NCBI GenBank assembly: GCA_002633005.1
Contig: NMRA01000438.1
Coordinates: 257,576-321,575 of the forward strand
Length of the DNA: 64,000 nucleotides
DNA from: Phoronis australis
Taxonomy: Eukaryota > Animalia > Phoronida
Reading direction: 5' to 3'
Under the pieces are notes generated by a model. The model was given only the letters and a program-made list of their open reading frames with translations. It did no database searches and was not told where the DNA came from. The translations under genes and the position numbers were made by a program. Below, piece by piece: positions 13,586-27,230 of this stretch (position 1 is the first letter of the stretch; each line of letters opens with the position of its first letter).

Positions 13586-13838
13586 AATACTAGGTAATCC
13601 AGTGCAAACTAGGACTAAAAAAATTCCCACCCAAACTATTATGTGCTGGATCAAAGAATAATACATACACTTATCTGACTTCGCAAATAAAGTAGAATAA
13701 AAATACCTAAAACAAGTTTAAAGCAACAGAAACACTACCGATTGTGTTGTTTTTAGCTCTGGATTAAGCTATTTAAAACTGGATATGTCTAATCCTACCC
13801 AACGATAATCCCCAAAACTAATGTTTTCACTGCTGACA

Positions 13839-13979
13839 CATGGGCGGCGTAGCACTGAAAAAAGTGGGGGCTATAGTCACCCAGGTCCCCTGTGGTGCAC
13901 CGCCCATAGACCATGGGCTGCGAAATACTTTAAAAAGTGGGAGTATAGCCCCCCAGCCCCCTATGGTGCGCCGCCCATG
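13839..13979. mobile_element. MITE with CATGGGCGGCG TIRs and probable 5-bp TSD
   Basis: catgggcggcg ... cgccgcccatg; flanks tgaca / taaca. Confidence 0.65.
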
Positions 13980-14316
13980 TAACACCGTTTGTTACAAACA
14001 TCCCTCAAAACTCAGCAATTGTGTGAATTCTTCGCTCACACAACTCGCCGTTTCGTGTCGGCGTTGGATGTGAGGCTCACCATGTGGGGAGCTAACAGGT
14101 GACGCTCGTGCCTTCATAATTAAAATTTGCCACAAGCCCTCGGTGTGATACCCTACTTTGAATCACAGGCCTTTGAATCTATCTGCTTCACGTATACACC
14201 ACTGGCACATACACTCGCTGTAAGTATGATTAAATTTTGTCCCTCGAAAGTGGCCTAAACGTCTGACACAAGAACCCTGATAATGGAAACTGAGACGCGA
14301 TTCATGATCCCAGCAG

Positions 14317-14355
14317 TCAACGTTTCGGTTTATTGACATAAAACCATCATCAGGA
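14317..14355 (-). ncRNA. Minimal type-I hammerhead ribozyme motif of the PLE 3' end
   Basis: Minus strand reads tc-CTGATGA-T-GGTTTTATGTCAATAAACC-GAAA-CG-TT-ga. Conserved core, hairpin stem II and palindromic ACGT stem III are present; stem I is weak. Confidence 0.55.
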
Positions 14356-14898
14356 AGCAAGGTCAAGTAACCGGCAATACAACCAAAAACACTAAATGAA
14401 CGTCACAGTGCATGAGTGGTACTGGTAAACGACAAGACAGTGATTAGGATAATTCTAAACCATGTGACCCAAAATTTCTGTTGAGTTAGCTCCCAGCATG
14501 AGTCTGTTTTGTTTGAATAGATTTAGGAGAGCCAGCTTGAACTTGTAATAGGTTCTTTGTCTAGAATCTTCAGAAAAACCAATCTCATGACCAGTTAACA
14601 CTGTGTGAGTAAATAGGGCACTGTTGGGGTGTTTGGCATGCTCATTAATTCTACTTTACAAGATCCTAGTTGCCATGCCCATATAAAAATCATCGCAGTT
14701 GTTACAATTGATTTGGTAAGTAACGCCACGTGAACATAAGTAACGCCACTTTTTATTGATATTTTAATTTACATTTCAGTCGAGACTGCAGCAAGAGTCT
14801 GTTACATGACTTGAAAAGAACATGAAATTTTGCAGTTGGTGCCACAGCTCCCAACAACCTGCGTACTGCAACTCGGACGATCAAGCGAGTCAACAAAT

Positions 14899-15016
14899 CA
14901 TGCGCGCACCCAGGGGGGGGGGGGGNCTCAGAAACGAAACATGCCCCGTGAATCTTAGTAAAAGGTCCACATTATTTAAAATTCGAGACCCCATTTTTAG
15001 GGTGGATGCGCACATG
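14899..15016. mobile_element. MITE nested in the Penelope-like element
   Basis: catgcgcgcaccca ... tggatgcgcacatg imperfect TIRs; flanks caaat / caagt; contains one N. Confidence 0.55.
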
Positions 15017-15459
15017 CAAGTACCTTTTCAGGCTCGTAATCAACAGACAGTGGCAGTAGTTGCTGTTGGTTTAACATAAATTTGCTAATACACGAGTCTA
15101 GGAAAGTACGTGGATAACCATTAGGCAGCAATTACACTGATTTGAGGAATTCAAAATCCTCGTCAAAAAGAAGGCATCTGCTACAAATGTCCTAAGCCCT
15201 GTGTAACAACATGTTAACTAGACCACGTTTGTGCATGTCTTTTTAGGAGCAAGGTATTCCATCTCGAGTATAGTCCAGAGAATGTAGGTTTACCTACTAC
15301 ACGCGTAGCTAAACCAGTGCCAATGCGACTAACCAAAACATCTGAGAAGTGAATAGTATTACTGAACTCCTCTTCCATATTTAAAATCAAGAAAATATCG
15401 CCAACACCAGCCTTATTCCGATCACTGTCTCGTCGCTTACCAGTGCCACTCATGCATTG

Positions 15460-17100
15460 CAGTGTCGGATCTACGGGGGGGTCAGGGGGTTTTAACCGCC
15501 CCCCCTCGGGCCAGGACCAAAAAATAAAAAAACAAAACGTNNNNNNNNNNNNNNNNNNNNNNNNNNNNNNNNNNNNNNNNNNNNNNNNNNNNNNNNNGCG
15601 TGTGTAAATCCCAAGTAAACCGCCTCGAAAAAAATTGAGGGGTGGAGGGTTCACTCTGAAAATATATTTTTGCATTGTGATTTGCTGTTATGAAAAGCAA
15701 CGCATTTCGAGTTTTCGTGGCTCGTCGACGAGACACGCGGAGTTCAATTGTGCGCGCTTCCGTCTACACTTCTGAAGTAGCCAAGTATTTCAGATGGATC
15801 CACCGCTGAAACAGCTGCTCCGATAGCTGATTTGTTTAGGTAACTAGCTTCTTTACTATAAGATTTGTTTTGACTACATTAGTGAAAATACTTTGGTGCC
15901 ACAACCCTGATATTCAGCCGAATTGACGTGCAACGTTTTTACCTCATCTGTCACGCCGTGTCATGCTATTACACTCCACACGTTTGTAACTCGAATTTGA
16001 CTGATGTCATAAAAAGTTGTCTTGCCTAATGTTATACAGTGCACATGTAATGTTTTTAAAAACGATCAACTTGTTTTCCGAAGAATTGCTGTTGTGGCGG
16101 CAGCCGTGGTCTGGTCGCGAGTCCGTTTAGGTCTTGCAACGGACCCTTTTTACCAAAGTGTGCTTTGTAAAATTCATCCCAGTCAGTACTGTTTGGTCCC
16201 GCGAGGATGGACTATTTTTACAAGGATAATAAACACAGGTGTACTTTTGGTCTGGTGTCCGAACAGGCCAGCCTACTTGTGTACTCTCAGTGTACACCTG
16301 GTTCCTCTGCGAACTGGTCCTGTATATCTTTTCACCACGGTGCACAGAATGTTTTGGTTTCGTGAAAATGTTTTCAGATGATTTGTTTCCTGATACATTT
16401 GACGTTTTTCAGTTATGACATAGTAACCCAACAGTGAACGTGATTCATCTTAATATAGTGATGCTTGACTGTTTATTGTCGCCTTTAATAATAGAATATG
16501 AACTGAAAGCACCATCCTTCGCCAATTTTTCTCGTAACGAGACAGAACTTATGTTTATTTCCGGACGTAACAGTGCCGTTCTTCGTTCTTAAACAACTCA
16601 GGCTGCTGTCGCGCGATCATCTGATATTCAAGTGTTGGATTTTTACTTAACCGTCGGTGTTCCTTATGGTCTCGAATATTTGGTAATTGTCTAAGCCCGG
16701 TCCTGTATACACACCACACTTTTTCGTATGTGACTTTTCGTATGCTAAAAAGGTGTGTGTAGACAGGTGTTCCAACAAAAATTTTTGCTGGTGGCCGCGT
16801 GACTCATACCAAGATTTGCACAAATACGGTTTTACGAAGCTTATGAGCCAAGTTCATTTGACGAAATCGAGAAGGGTTTGGAATTACCTTAAGAAAAACT
16901 CTAATCACGTTATGGTAACTGCCAGAAACTCGCCAGGATGCATGGAAATTTCCCAATTTGGCTACAAAAACAAAAAAATTGTCTTACACGGGAGGGGGGA
17001 AACCTCTCTCCCGACCTCTCCCCGCTCGGAGCTACGCGCCTCGGACTCGACCTTTGCGAAAATCCTAAACCCCCTTACTGAAAACGTAGATCCGCCACTG
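15460..17100. mobile_element. Non-autonomous TIR DNA element (~1.64 kb) with exact 5-bp TSD
   Basis: Left end cagtgtcggatctacg, right end cgtagatccgccactg (15/16 inverted match), with cattg immediately on both sides. No transposase ORF; internal N gap. Confidence 0.65.
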
Positions 17101-17148
17101 CATTGTGATATTCATTTAATATTTTGGATGTATTGCCGCTAAGAGGCA

Positions 17149-17219
17149 TTGCTTCCTCATAATGGTTTTATGTTAATAAACCGAAACGCTGACTACTTGA
17201 ATGATGAATCTCAGTTTTC
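17149..17219 (+). repeat. Inverted copy of the PLE 3' terminal segment (14290-14360)
   Basis: ttgcttcctcataatggttttatgttaataaaccgaaacgctgac matches the reverse complement of 14316-14360, with the hammerhead core mutated (ctcataa). Confidence 0.75.
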
Positions 17220-20200
17220 TTTTTCAGCTTTCTTCTGTTACTAGAGTGCCATTTAGAACCCTTATCTTTTCCCTTCAAAAAATCCCATCCAAAATCCAAA
17301 CGTATTCTTTCATGCTCACGACCTCTTGTGACACGTGGCATGTCACCCGCCATCCGTGTGAAGTCAGCAGCTGGGTCTTGATCCACGTTTTGCGTTCGCC
17401 AGCAATCGTTTCCCGCCACTTCAGCACTCTTCATTTGCCATCGAAAATGTCCGTCGCAATTAATTAGTCAGAGTAATTAGTTGATAGCCTATCTGATACA
17501 CAAAATTGATTAAAAACACAAAAGTGTTGTCAGCTACAAGACAAAATTGGCTGGAAGACAGAGTACCGTGTCGTGTTTTCCACCTGTTGTCTGAACTAAT
17601 TAGTGTCTAGGGAAACCTTTGACATGATGTTATTAATCTAGGATTATAGTGAAAGTTAGATGCCTATTATATCATCCGTTGACAGCAAGTTCATTAATCT
17701 ATATGACTTCACTACGAATATTGTTTGCTTCATTTAATAATAGATTCTTTGTTCACTAGTGGAGAACCTCTCCACTATTACTGGAACCAGTTTCTCGAAG
17801 AGTCTATTAAGCCTCTGTCTTTTGACTTAACCCAAATCTAGAAATCTGACTGTGAGTTGCCTAAATTAATTTTTGTCATTTGCGTTTCAGTGCCCAACAA
17901 AACGTTTTGTATTCTTTTCATTCGAACAGACTATGAATTTCTGAATTCTGACTTCGAGATGTTGCTAGATTTTCTGACTTCGGCATTAGCCAGATTATTG
18001 TGAAACACTTTAAGTCATAGCTGAAAGTCAAGAGAAAAAAGCTATCAAAACTCTCCGAGAAACAGTTCCCAGCTGCGTATACCCGCCAGAGTTTTCCGGA
18101 AACATGGGACGTTTATTCGAAAGATGACATTTTCGAAATCAAATCCAAATACACTCCCGGGTGCGTTAGATTGACAGTGACGAATAGCCGATGCCCAATT
18201 TTCCGTGACACTTTCACGGAAACCGTTACTAAAACAACAATCGAATATCAAACTGTTACGAAGAAGTTGTCATTCATTGAAAATCTTTGAAACCGGGGAA
18301 AGTTCAAGATAGCATATTTTCCCAGGAGATGGTCCCTGAGGTGTATTCACGAGGAAAATGCTTGTAGACGCCGACTGCGAAGTCTTGATTTTCAGCGAGG
18401 TCCTGGCGTTACCGAACTCCGTACCCAGGGCTGAGTTTTGTGGACCAAGACCTTCGCAAGTGAAGCTTGTGTGATCACGTAATTCCTTTGCAATATATTG
18501 CGATAACTCACGAAGTTGCGTGATGTCACTTTTCTAGTAATAAACTTGGTTTACGAGGCGCAGCCGTGTTTGATTTCGTTGTTAAAGTTACATGTACCGC
18601 AGTAGGCCTAATGTGTTTGATTCATTGCCTAACATCTGTATACCGTTTTACCAATGGCCCTGTATCTGTACATGCTTTTAACGCTCGCTTTTAACCCGCG
18701 ACGTTTTCAAATTCATGACTGAAACATAGAGAAAGAGTTGTCATCAGCGTTCTAAATAAACGCTGGCCCGGTGTTCCGGGGCCATTGGATTTGCGCCCAT
18801 GCCAATAACTTTCAGGTATAGATCCAGTGTGGATGTGATCTCATGTTCAAATTAATTCAAGAAAGGTCTTTTGACTAACTTTGTTTTGCCTCTCACCTCT
18901 TGAGCGCCAAAAAGTTTACTTTTAAACTTTGTGGGCAATAAAACTTCACCTAGAGTTATCAAAACAAATAAGGTTCTCGTGCACATGCGCATTAAATGTA
19001 AGCGGAAAAGACTGAGAAAAATGTACTTCGGATGCTAACAAAGGAAGACCCGGCAACAACTTGGCAGCCGGGCTAGTAGCTTTTCAGATTAACTGAGCGG
19101 GCTAGCACAATTATTTGCTGAAGTTCGAATACTGGTCGTAGTTTCTGAATGGAAGATACCTTTATAATACAGAGTAGCCAGTCGTCCTCCAGATCACGAA
19201 CCGCACAGGTGTTTTCACGATTCTTTTCTCCAGTATGCGATTCTTTTCTCCAGTATGCGATTCTCACCTTTTCTCGTGACTTTTTACACGTTCTGTAGAT
19301 ATTTTAATCACAGCTTCGTTTGTAAGTGGAAGCGTTAAGTTTGAGCTTGGTACAAATCATCGGGATTGTGCAACTGAATGAATGCGATTCATAAGAGAAG
19401 AACGTGTTCGAGAGAAAAGATTTCGGTTTGTGAGAAAGGACTGTAAAAATTAACATTTAATTAATTACTGTAAACTTCCTAAAATAAGCCCATGTGCTAA
19501 TACTACTTAATATGTTCCAACATTCGTATGTGGAACCCTTTCTCATAAACGAGTTTCTGTTGTACTGGGTCGACCCAAGCGTTAAAAATACTTTTTCGCT
19601 TCATTTCAGTTAAAAACATATTTATTTTAACGCTAGTTTGTTCAGTCGAAAGTTAAGCCCAAATGACGATCATTCAACACAGCTCTAAATATTTTCAAAC
19701 TTAACTGGGATTAAATATATGATTTTTTAAATTTTCATTTTGTTGGTGCACCACCACCTAAAATAGCCCCTGTAGTGAGTGACAGGTGACACGTGCATTA
19801 TGGATACTCACTCAACTGCCGCCATATGTAATGAGGTTTCCGTGAAAACCCCGTTCGTTTTTAAAGACTTAATAGTAAAATAAGGCAAAGACAACCAGGG
19901 CAGCAAAGAAACGAAATGTTTATATTTGTCGTAATCTATTTTGCCCGGGCTACGCCACGAGCTATGTCGCAGAGTAAAACAAGATGAGGATTGCAAATAA
20001 TGTCATTTATTATGACGTAATTAGAAGAAAGAAAGATGGGCGTGGAAAAAACGCCACCGGCGCGTACAATGAATTACCGTAATGGAGGAACGAAAACAAA
20101 AGACTCGAGAACTGACTGAAGGGCCTGAAGAAAATATACAAACAAAAAACTTGGAAAAGGCCTAAAAGGTAGTGTATAATGAGAAAAAAATTGAACAGGC

Positions 20201-20489
20201 ACTGGGATGGAGGGTGGGAAAAATGTACAGAAAAACGTTGATCTTGTAGTCCACGTTATACCGAACAAAGGAATAAGTAACCAATCAGGTGTCGAGCGGA
20301 GAAATGCACATAAGTATACCTCTGAGGCTACAAATAGAAATGAGTTATGCAAAATAAACCCTAAGGGTTGACATAATAGTAAAAATGACAGATGTCAAAA
20401 TAATGACGATAAATGCATTTAACAAGTTAAATTTAATTTTAGTGTTATCTTTCGACTGATGATGGTATTAGTGGTGATGACGATTGTAG

Positions 20490-20502
20490 TAACAACAACA
20501 AG

Positions 20503-20563
<61 letters not shown>

Positions 20564-20645
20564 GCAATAATCATAGAGAAAATAATATCATTTACGATAA
20601 TAACTGCGATAACGGTGAAGACCACGACGACGACGACAAGGACGA
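20490..20645. repeat. (ACA)n microsatellite with degenerate ACG/ATA flanks
   Basis: Near-perfect ACA run at about 20490-20565; it explains the poly-T and poly-V ORFs in the track. Confidence 0.95.
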
Positions 20646-23275
20646 TAGGCAAGGGCAGTGTTTGCGTGCAACGTGCTCCATCTCCACATCCCGTTAGTCT
20701 GACATCAGAACGTTTGAGGATATATCAGTTATGACAAGGAGGATGCGAAGATGTTCAGGAAAAACACTATAACCGGCAGGGACACGAATCACAGGATTGT
20801 GAAGTCCCATTATTTCGTGCTGACGCACAGGCATGTGTGTGTTTTAACACGATCGTTTAAAAATGGAAAATAGAAATTTTCAGTTTTACGGCCGAAAAAC
20901 GTTTTTTGGGGTTATTGTTAGGTTATAGACAACAGAATCGCAACTCCCGACATTTTCTTCCGTACTATCCAAGAGGCGGCGCCACTCTCCTCAATTATCT
21001 GGTTCATTTTACGGTTTACGTATTGTGACGGGAAATTCTCGCATCTGTTTTACTATCCAGTATAACGAAAGCAAAATAATACTTACGGCATTGAAACGCT
21101 GCTAAAAATCTTAAAACAGTGGAACTGTGGGTATCGTGAGTCCTTTTAGCAATGCTACTACCACCCGACCACACACCATACGACCAAGATTAGCAGACGA
21201 CGTACTTGTCGGAACTAACACTAGATAATTGGGCCTGGTGTCGGTAGTGAATAATGACGTAACGATGTGCGGATGAGCAAAGATTTTGTCCATTGAAAGT
21301 ATACGGAATTGGCGGTTCATATGTACTATAGTCTATGATGGAATAGACTTCTTGAAGTTATTAGCTTTGACCAAAGTTGTGTTTTTGTGATTTTATTACA
21401 AATTGCCAATTTTCCCGTTGTCTGTCAACTATTCGCGGTAGTCAAAACCGGTGTCTTTACTTGTTTTAATGCGTTAGAAAACTCTGCCCACCAAGTCGAA
21501 CTTTGCACTGCCAGCAGAACGTTGGAGGGTAACCGTTGAGGTTGTGGGTTCGATTCCGCGATGGGTGTGGCTTCAAAACCATTTCTTTTGCCGATAACAT
21601 CACTTTAATGCTGAAAAAGCAGTATTTAATGTTCCGTTTATATCGGTTTGCTGAAGAAAAATAGGCCTATAAGTACTAGCTTATTTGAAAATACGAAAGT
21701 GAATTATGTTTTGCTCAGTTCCAAACGTTAAAGCCACTGGAACCTGGAACGAAATAACAAACAAAACAAAACAACAAATGCTTCCATTGATTTGATGATT
21801 TACCTAATTCCTGTTTTTGTTGATTTCTACCATGAACCGTTGGATTGGGACTTGTATTATTTAGTATAATCTGGAAAAAACACGTGTTGCCCAGAAATGA
21901 CATTGGTCTTTCTTTTCGATACGGGAGGTCAAACCCCATCCACAACAGGAAAGAGTGCGGAGCCAACCCCCATTTATTATATGGAAGAGTAACCTCCAAG
22001 AGCAACATGCTTTACATAAGTGATGGGTAGTGCTACAAACACAGGAACCCTCTTCTGCACCAATATTGCCTCTTCCAGGTACTTGCAAAACACCTTTCCT
22101 TGCGACGCGTAATGCACGACATCGTGTTAAATAAGCGTGGAAATAATACCCATCCGTAGTAACGGACGCGCTCGGCTAAAAGTTCAGCCTGCATTTTCAA
22201 ACATTGCATTTTGCAACTCCCATTTTCAGTTATGCATCCACACCATTTTGCACAACCGGGACTTTTAATCCCTTAAAAGCGGCCAGGTGTGTGAACAACA
22301 GCAAGCAGGCTTGTGAGCAGCTTCTAACACAACAGACAAGCCGTCAACATACATGTGTACATGTGAGACAAACGGTGTACAAGTTTAAATAATACAAGTT
22401 ACCTTTCATAAATTCTGTTCGTTAAATTTCAACTCCTGGAAGTCTCCATCACTTTCTATGATTTTTTGAGTTTCTTATTTCAAGCGCCAAAATTTTGTTG
22501 CCAGTTTTGCACAGAACTCAATTAGCTACCCAAACCAAATTCTTATAATTTCAGTTCAAGGAAGAGTCTTCAAAACAAAGCAAAACCATCTTAAATGTAC
22601 TAAAATGGCAGATTTTTATTTCTAAACTTGATTAAAATCAATTTCCAATGTGCCCTTCGTAGTATGGTTTACTTCACTGTAGCGATGAATTTGGACAAAT
22701 AATAGATATAAATTTTGATGCCTACGTAAGACACTATCGAGCTTTATCAAGGATAGTGCCTTACCTTGAATAATGAACGTCACGAAAAGTCATTGGAGGG
22801 ACTATATCATACTCAATCTTATTGACTTTCACCGACGTCAATATGTTGGTTTTCAGATGTCGAAAATGTGAATATGTCCGAGGCTTCGCCCTCTTTCGAA
22901 TATGCTTGCATAACACGGATCTCGACATGAAAAACCACTGAGACAACACGTGCGCACTATCACGCGCCCAAACACCCACGCATGCACGCAAATATATGTA
23001 AGTAATTAAAACGTGTATAAATACAAAGATAAACATAGAAAAACAGTTAAGTTTAAAAAGAGACTACATGAAGGAAATATGATTAAATTGAGACACAATT
23101 TTTGCAGTAATAGAAGCAAAGTGGAATATACGTATCTGAGAAATATATTGTGGTGTCTCAAAGAGTACATTGAGCGACAATAAAAGTTGGCCATTGCTTT
23201 ATGACACGATTATATCCGCTAACTGTGGTCATTGGAAGAAGGTTGATTTTGGTTCAGTTACTCACTGCACATCAG

Positions 23276-24544
23276 TAGGTCATTTGCTCAACCAACAGCT
23301 TTGCTCATCCGTTTTTACTCACATCAACACTGCAGGACATTCATTCGACACCTGTGATGTGCGCATTTTTGATCGTGATGAAAATTGGTTCAAACGTGGT
23401 GTTAAGGAAACAATCTACGAACATGTTGATGCTCCGCTTTAAGTCGCTTAGGTGGAGAATCCAACTCTCTAGGACACGGGAGCGCGCGCTGTATTTCAGT
23501 CTCCGCCGATTACGTATTCAGTCGAACAACGCCACGACAGTTGCTAGTGAAAGTCCTCCCAATGAGCACGCAACGTGCTCAGGTGAAATGTAAGTCCAGT
23601 ATTAGTTTAAACTGGATGTCAAATATTCTTCAACTAATCTACTCAAAAAGGAGCAAAAATTAACTTTAAGGGGTAAAATGTGGAAAATTTCATTTTGCGA
23701 CCACATGTAGGAAAAGCATATTCGCACATGTCTGGCAGAAATTATATAATTGTCCAACAAACAGACGAGAAGATACCGTAATGGTGTGTTAGCATGCATG
23801 TAAAACATCGAAAGATTCGACTCTTATACTGGGGGTGTGGCTATTGTGTGGGATCACGCCTCTATCAATTTCAGTCGCTTCTGTTTTGGGAGACTCAGGT
23901 TTGGGGCGACNTAGGTCATTTGCTCAACCAACAGCTTTGCTCATCCGTTTTTACTCACATCAACACTGCAGGACATTCATTCGACACCTGTGATGTGCGC
24001 ATTTTTGATCGTGAGGAAAATTGGTTCAAACGTGGTGTTAAGGAAACAATCTACGAACGTGTTGATGCTCCGCTTTAAGTCGTTTAGGTGGAGATTCCAA
24101 CTCTCCAGGACACGGGAGCGCGCGCTGTATTTCAGTTTCCGCCGATTACGTATTCAGTCGAACAACGCCACGACAGTTGCTAGTGAGTCCTCCCAATGAG
24201 GACGCAACGTGCTCAGGTGAAATGTAAGTCCAGTATTAGTTTTAACTGGATGTCAAATATTCTCCAACTAATTTACTCAAAAAGGAGCAAAAATTAACTT
24301 TAAGGGGTGAAATGTGGAAAATTTCATTTTGCGACCACATGTAGGAAAAGCATATTCGCACATGTCTGGCAGAAATTATATAATTGTCCAACAAACAGAC
24401 GAGAAGATACCGTAATGGTGTGTTAGCATGCATGTAAAACATCGAAAGATTCGACTCTTATACTGGGGGTGTGGCTATTGTGTGGGATCACGCCTCTATC
24501 AATTTCAGTCGCTTCTGTTTTGGGAGACTCAGGTTTGGGGCGAC
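23276..24544 (+). repeat. ~635-bp tandem duplication joined at a single N; each unit carries a Penelope-like GIY-YIG C-terminal fragment
   Basis: 23276-23910 and 23912-24544 are near-identical with scattered substitutions. Both encode SSVFTHINTAGHSFD...IFDR(D/E)ENWFKRGVKETIY, typical of the PLE endonuclease end. Confidence 0.85.
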
Positions 24545-27230
24545 ACCATGTGTCGAGCGCAGCAATGTATGTCACAAGAAAGTGAGTCCCGGATTTATTT
24601 ATATCTTTGATTTACCGAATTTTCCCAACCTATTTCATCACTTCGATACTTTGTTTCAGCGCTGTCGTTATTCACGGGTTCACGGTTTCGTCCACCGTTT
24701 TGAATATTCTTAACCAGGTACAGAAAACAAACCAATTCGTGTACGTTTCCCATAATAAAGTGGACGACAGTGTCACACCAGGTAAAACCAACGTTTTTCA
24801 AAAGGCAGGGATAATTTTAAGAATGTGCCCCGCGTCATTGGCGCAAAAATAATTCCATTAACGCACTGCTATTGTTTAACTCGGGCCAACGCACCCATTA
24901 AAACTAGAAGCAAAAAAGGACAAAAAATCTCATCGCCTGTAGTTCCTCGGTCACATGGGCCAATTCGCCCATACCCACGTTTTCTGTCCTTGAAAAGGTA
25001 TCACCTAGATTGTCAAACCGTTGTTATAATTCCCTATCTCGCTGTAAAGCGAGCCTTCGATAACAGAGAACAAATATCGATTGAGAGTACTCACTGTTAT
25101 GAACTTGGTCTTAAGTTATTCCTTAGTCAAATTTGGGGTGACTTCGAAAGTAGTACCAGTTCGTCATAGCTTGAGACCAGGCTCTACAAGTCGGCTTGTC
25201 ACTGCGTATCATTCTTTGCGCCGATCCTGAGTTAGGTGTAGAATGCATATTTGAAGAGGTGAAAACTGAATCAGGGAGTGTATTTCGCCTACCGCCCGTT
25301 TAATATACACGGGATGAAATTAGTACAGAACGCGATGGAACGTATCGTAGTGCGAATCTGAATTTCATTTTCCATAACAGCAATGCTTGTTTGGCTTTTT
25401 TCACACTAAAATATTAAAAACTCGAAGTACACAACAGAATACACTCTCCTACCGTATTAGGCAAATGGCCAAACGACAAGCTTTTGCCCCACTTTCGGTG
25501 ACGTCACAGTTAATCAAATAATCTCGCGTTATTGTTATAAACTCGCAAAAGGACTATTGTATTGCGGTCGAAATCAAAGTGTCGTTTCTTGGACGCAGCG
25601 CGTGTTTAGCAGCTTTAACAGTAGAGATGGCGTTGAGATAAGAGTTGCCTAATGAATCAATTAAAACGTTTTTTTCACTTCTTACAGCTTTTGATGGCCT
25701 GTCTTACTGAAATCGATGATAAAAGCGTATCCAGTTTATAGTCACTGAAATTCCTAAGATATGACTTCACTGCCATCTTGCTTCGTATTATGCTGCCTTC
25801 AGGAGACGCTCGGAATGCACAGCAAAAAGACACAAATGCACCACCTTTCGTCCACCATCTTGAATATTTAATTACATGGAGTATACAAAACAGTTCTCGT
25901 ACACTCACTTTGCTAGTGGATGATAGAATAAGATTTGTGAAAACCTACATTTTTTGAAAGATATTGACCAGGTTATCGAAAGGCTGCTACTTTGCAGTTC
26001 TCAATACAAACAGGATTGTCACGTGCCCTCTTTCTTTTCTGACAATGACGTACATTTCATTTTGGAGAGCATTTTTAACTAAAAAATCCAACGGTGTCAG
26101 CAAAAACCAGAAAGTCCACTACGCGGTCAGTGTTCATGCTATCAGTTAGACCTCGATACAAAGAAAATAATCTTTAAAGTAGTGCAATTAAAGCCTTACA
26201 TTTACAATAGCAAAATATTACTGACAACGATCACCGCGACATCGGCTGAATCCGAGGGATGAAGGTAATTTCATGAATATTATTAACGTTAGTGAGTCCA
26301 AACAACACCGCAGATTTCGCGTACTGATAACATATATTCGATATTTAATGTTGCTCTCGCCGCTTATTAGCTATTGAGATATCTGCATTTTATTGTCAGG
26401 TCCCCATAGAACGCAATCATTCGGAACACCTCGAGTGTATTTGTGGCCCCCAAATTAAATCTCGGAGATGAACGCACAGTAACCTACGCATATGCCAACT
26501 GAGAAAACTAAGGCATCATGTATGGTGTAAGTATTTAAAACTTTAGTTAACATTCACCATTTCGGAGACGGAAGTCTCACATGCGCAGCTTTGCGTTACC
26601 AACGACTTCCCAGTAGGTCAACATGCTCGTCGGGCAATAGTAGTGTCAATTTAAGTAAAAGGTTCCAGGATCCATTTCCAGCAGAGCCATAAATTCCACT
26701 AAATTTCTTGAGTGATTGAAATCCACGTTTTCATAACAGCAGTCGAAATTTCGAAATTTTGACTGCATGGGTTTGCATATATAGCAGGCGACTTTAAAAC
26801 ACCATAACTTATACCAAATAATATAATATCGCCTTCTAATATTCATTTTTATCATATGTTGTCACTTGTGGATTTAGGAGAAAGAAAGGGGTGTAACCAC
26901 AATTTTCGAAGGAAAATGTCCTCCCACCACTAAAAACGGCAAACCGACGGCGTTATTTTTTTGGTCTTGTGTTTAGGGAACTTCATGTCCTGGTTCTTCG
27001 ATAATTTTCATTACGCAACTGTGTCGTTTCAAATCCGCAAGAGCACGCCCTGTGTTCACGTCCTGCTTCACTAGTTCGTTTCTCAGTAACAACGTGCTTG
27101 CTAACGCAGACCCAATCAAAACCTTCGCAATCTAACGAACGTTGACCAATGAAACGCCAGTCTCGGCGACATTCACCAGATATAAGGTCAGCCGTCAGTT
27201 GGCACGTCGGCGTAGGACATCTCTTCAATT

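Larger units (their letters stand above)
14285..15395 (-). mobile_element. Degenerate, 5'-truncated Penelope-like retroelement (RT C-terminus, GIY-YIG endonuclease, 3' hammerhead-bearing pLTR)
   Basis: Minus-strand translations give EEEFSNTIHFSDVLVSR...VVGKPTFSGLYSRW (RT end), LLHRA*DICS...NGYPRTFLDSCISKF, and GVTYQINCNNCDDFYMGMATRIL*SRINEH...SALFTH...GHEI (GIY-YIG). A CTGATGA...GAAACG motif follows. In-frame stops show it is decayed. Confidence 0.85.

Noticed and set aside
16022-17142. Transposase within the 1.64-kb TIR element
   Set aside because: The internal ORFs (119 and 151 aa) show no DDE, zinc-finger or other transposase motifs, and one runs through the TIR.
20419-20734. Poly-Thr mucin or poly-Val membrane protein ORFs
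   Set aside because: They are translations of an (ACA)n microsatellite with no splice or homology support.
25675-25775. Minus-strand first exon (aagATGG...MAVKSYLRNF..., with gtaag donors)
   Set aside because: No downstream exons or homology recognised; could be chance or transposon-internal sequence.
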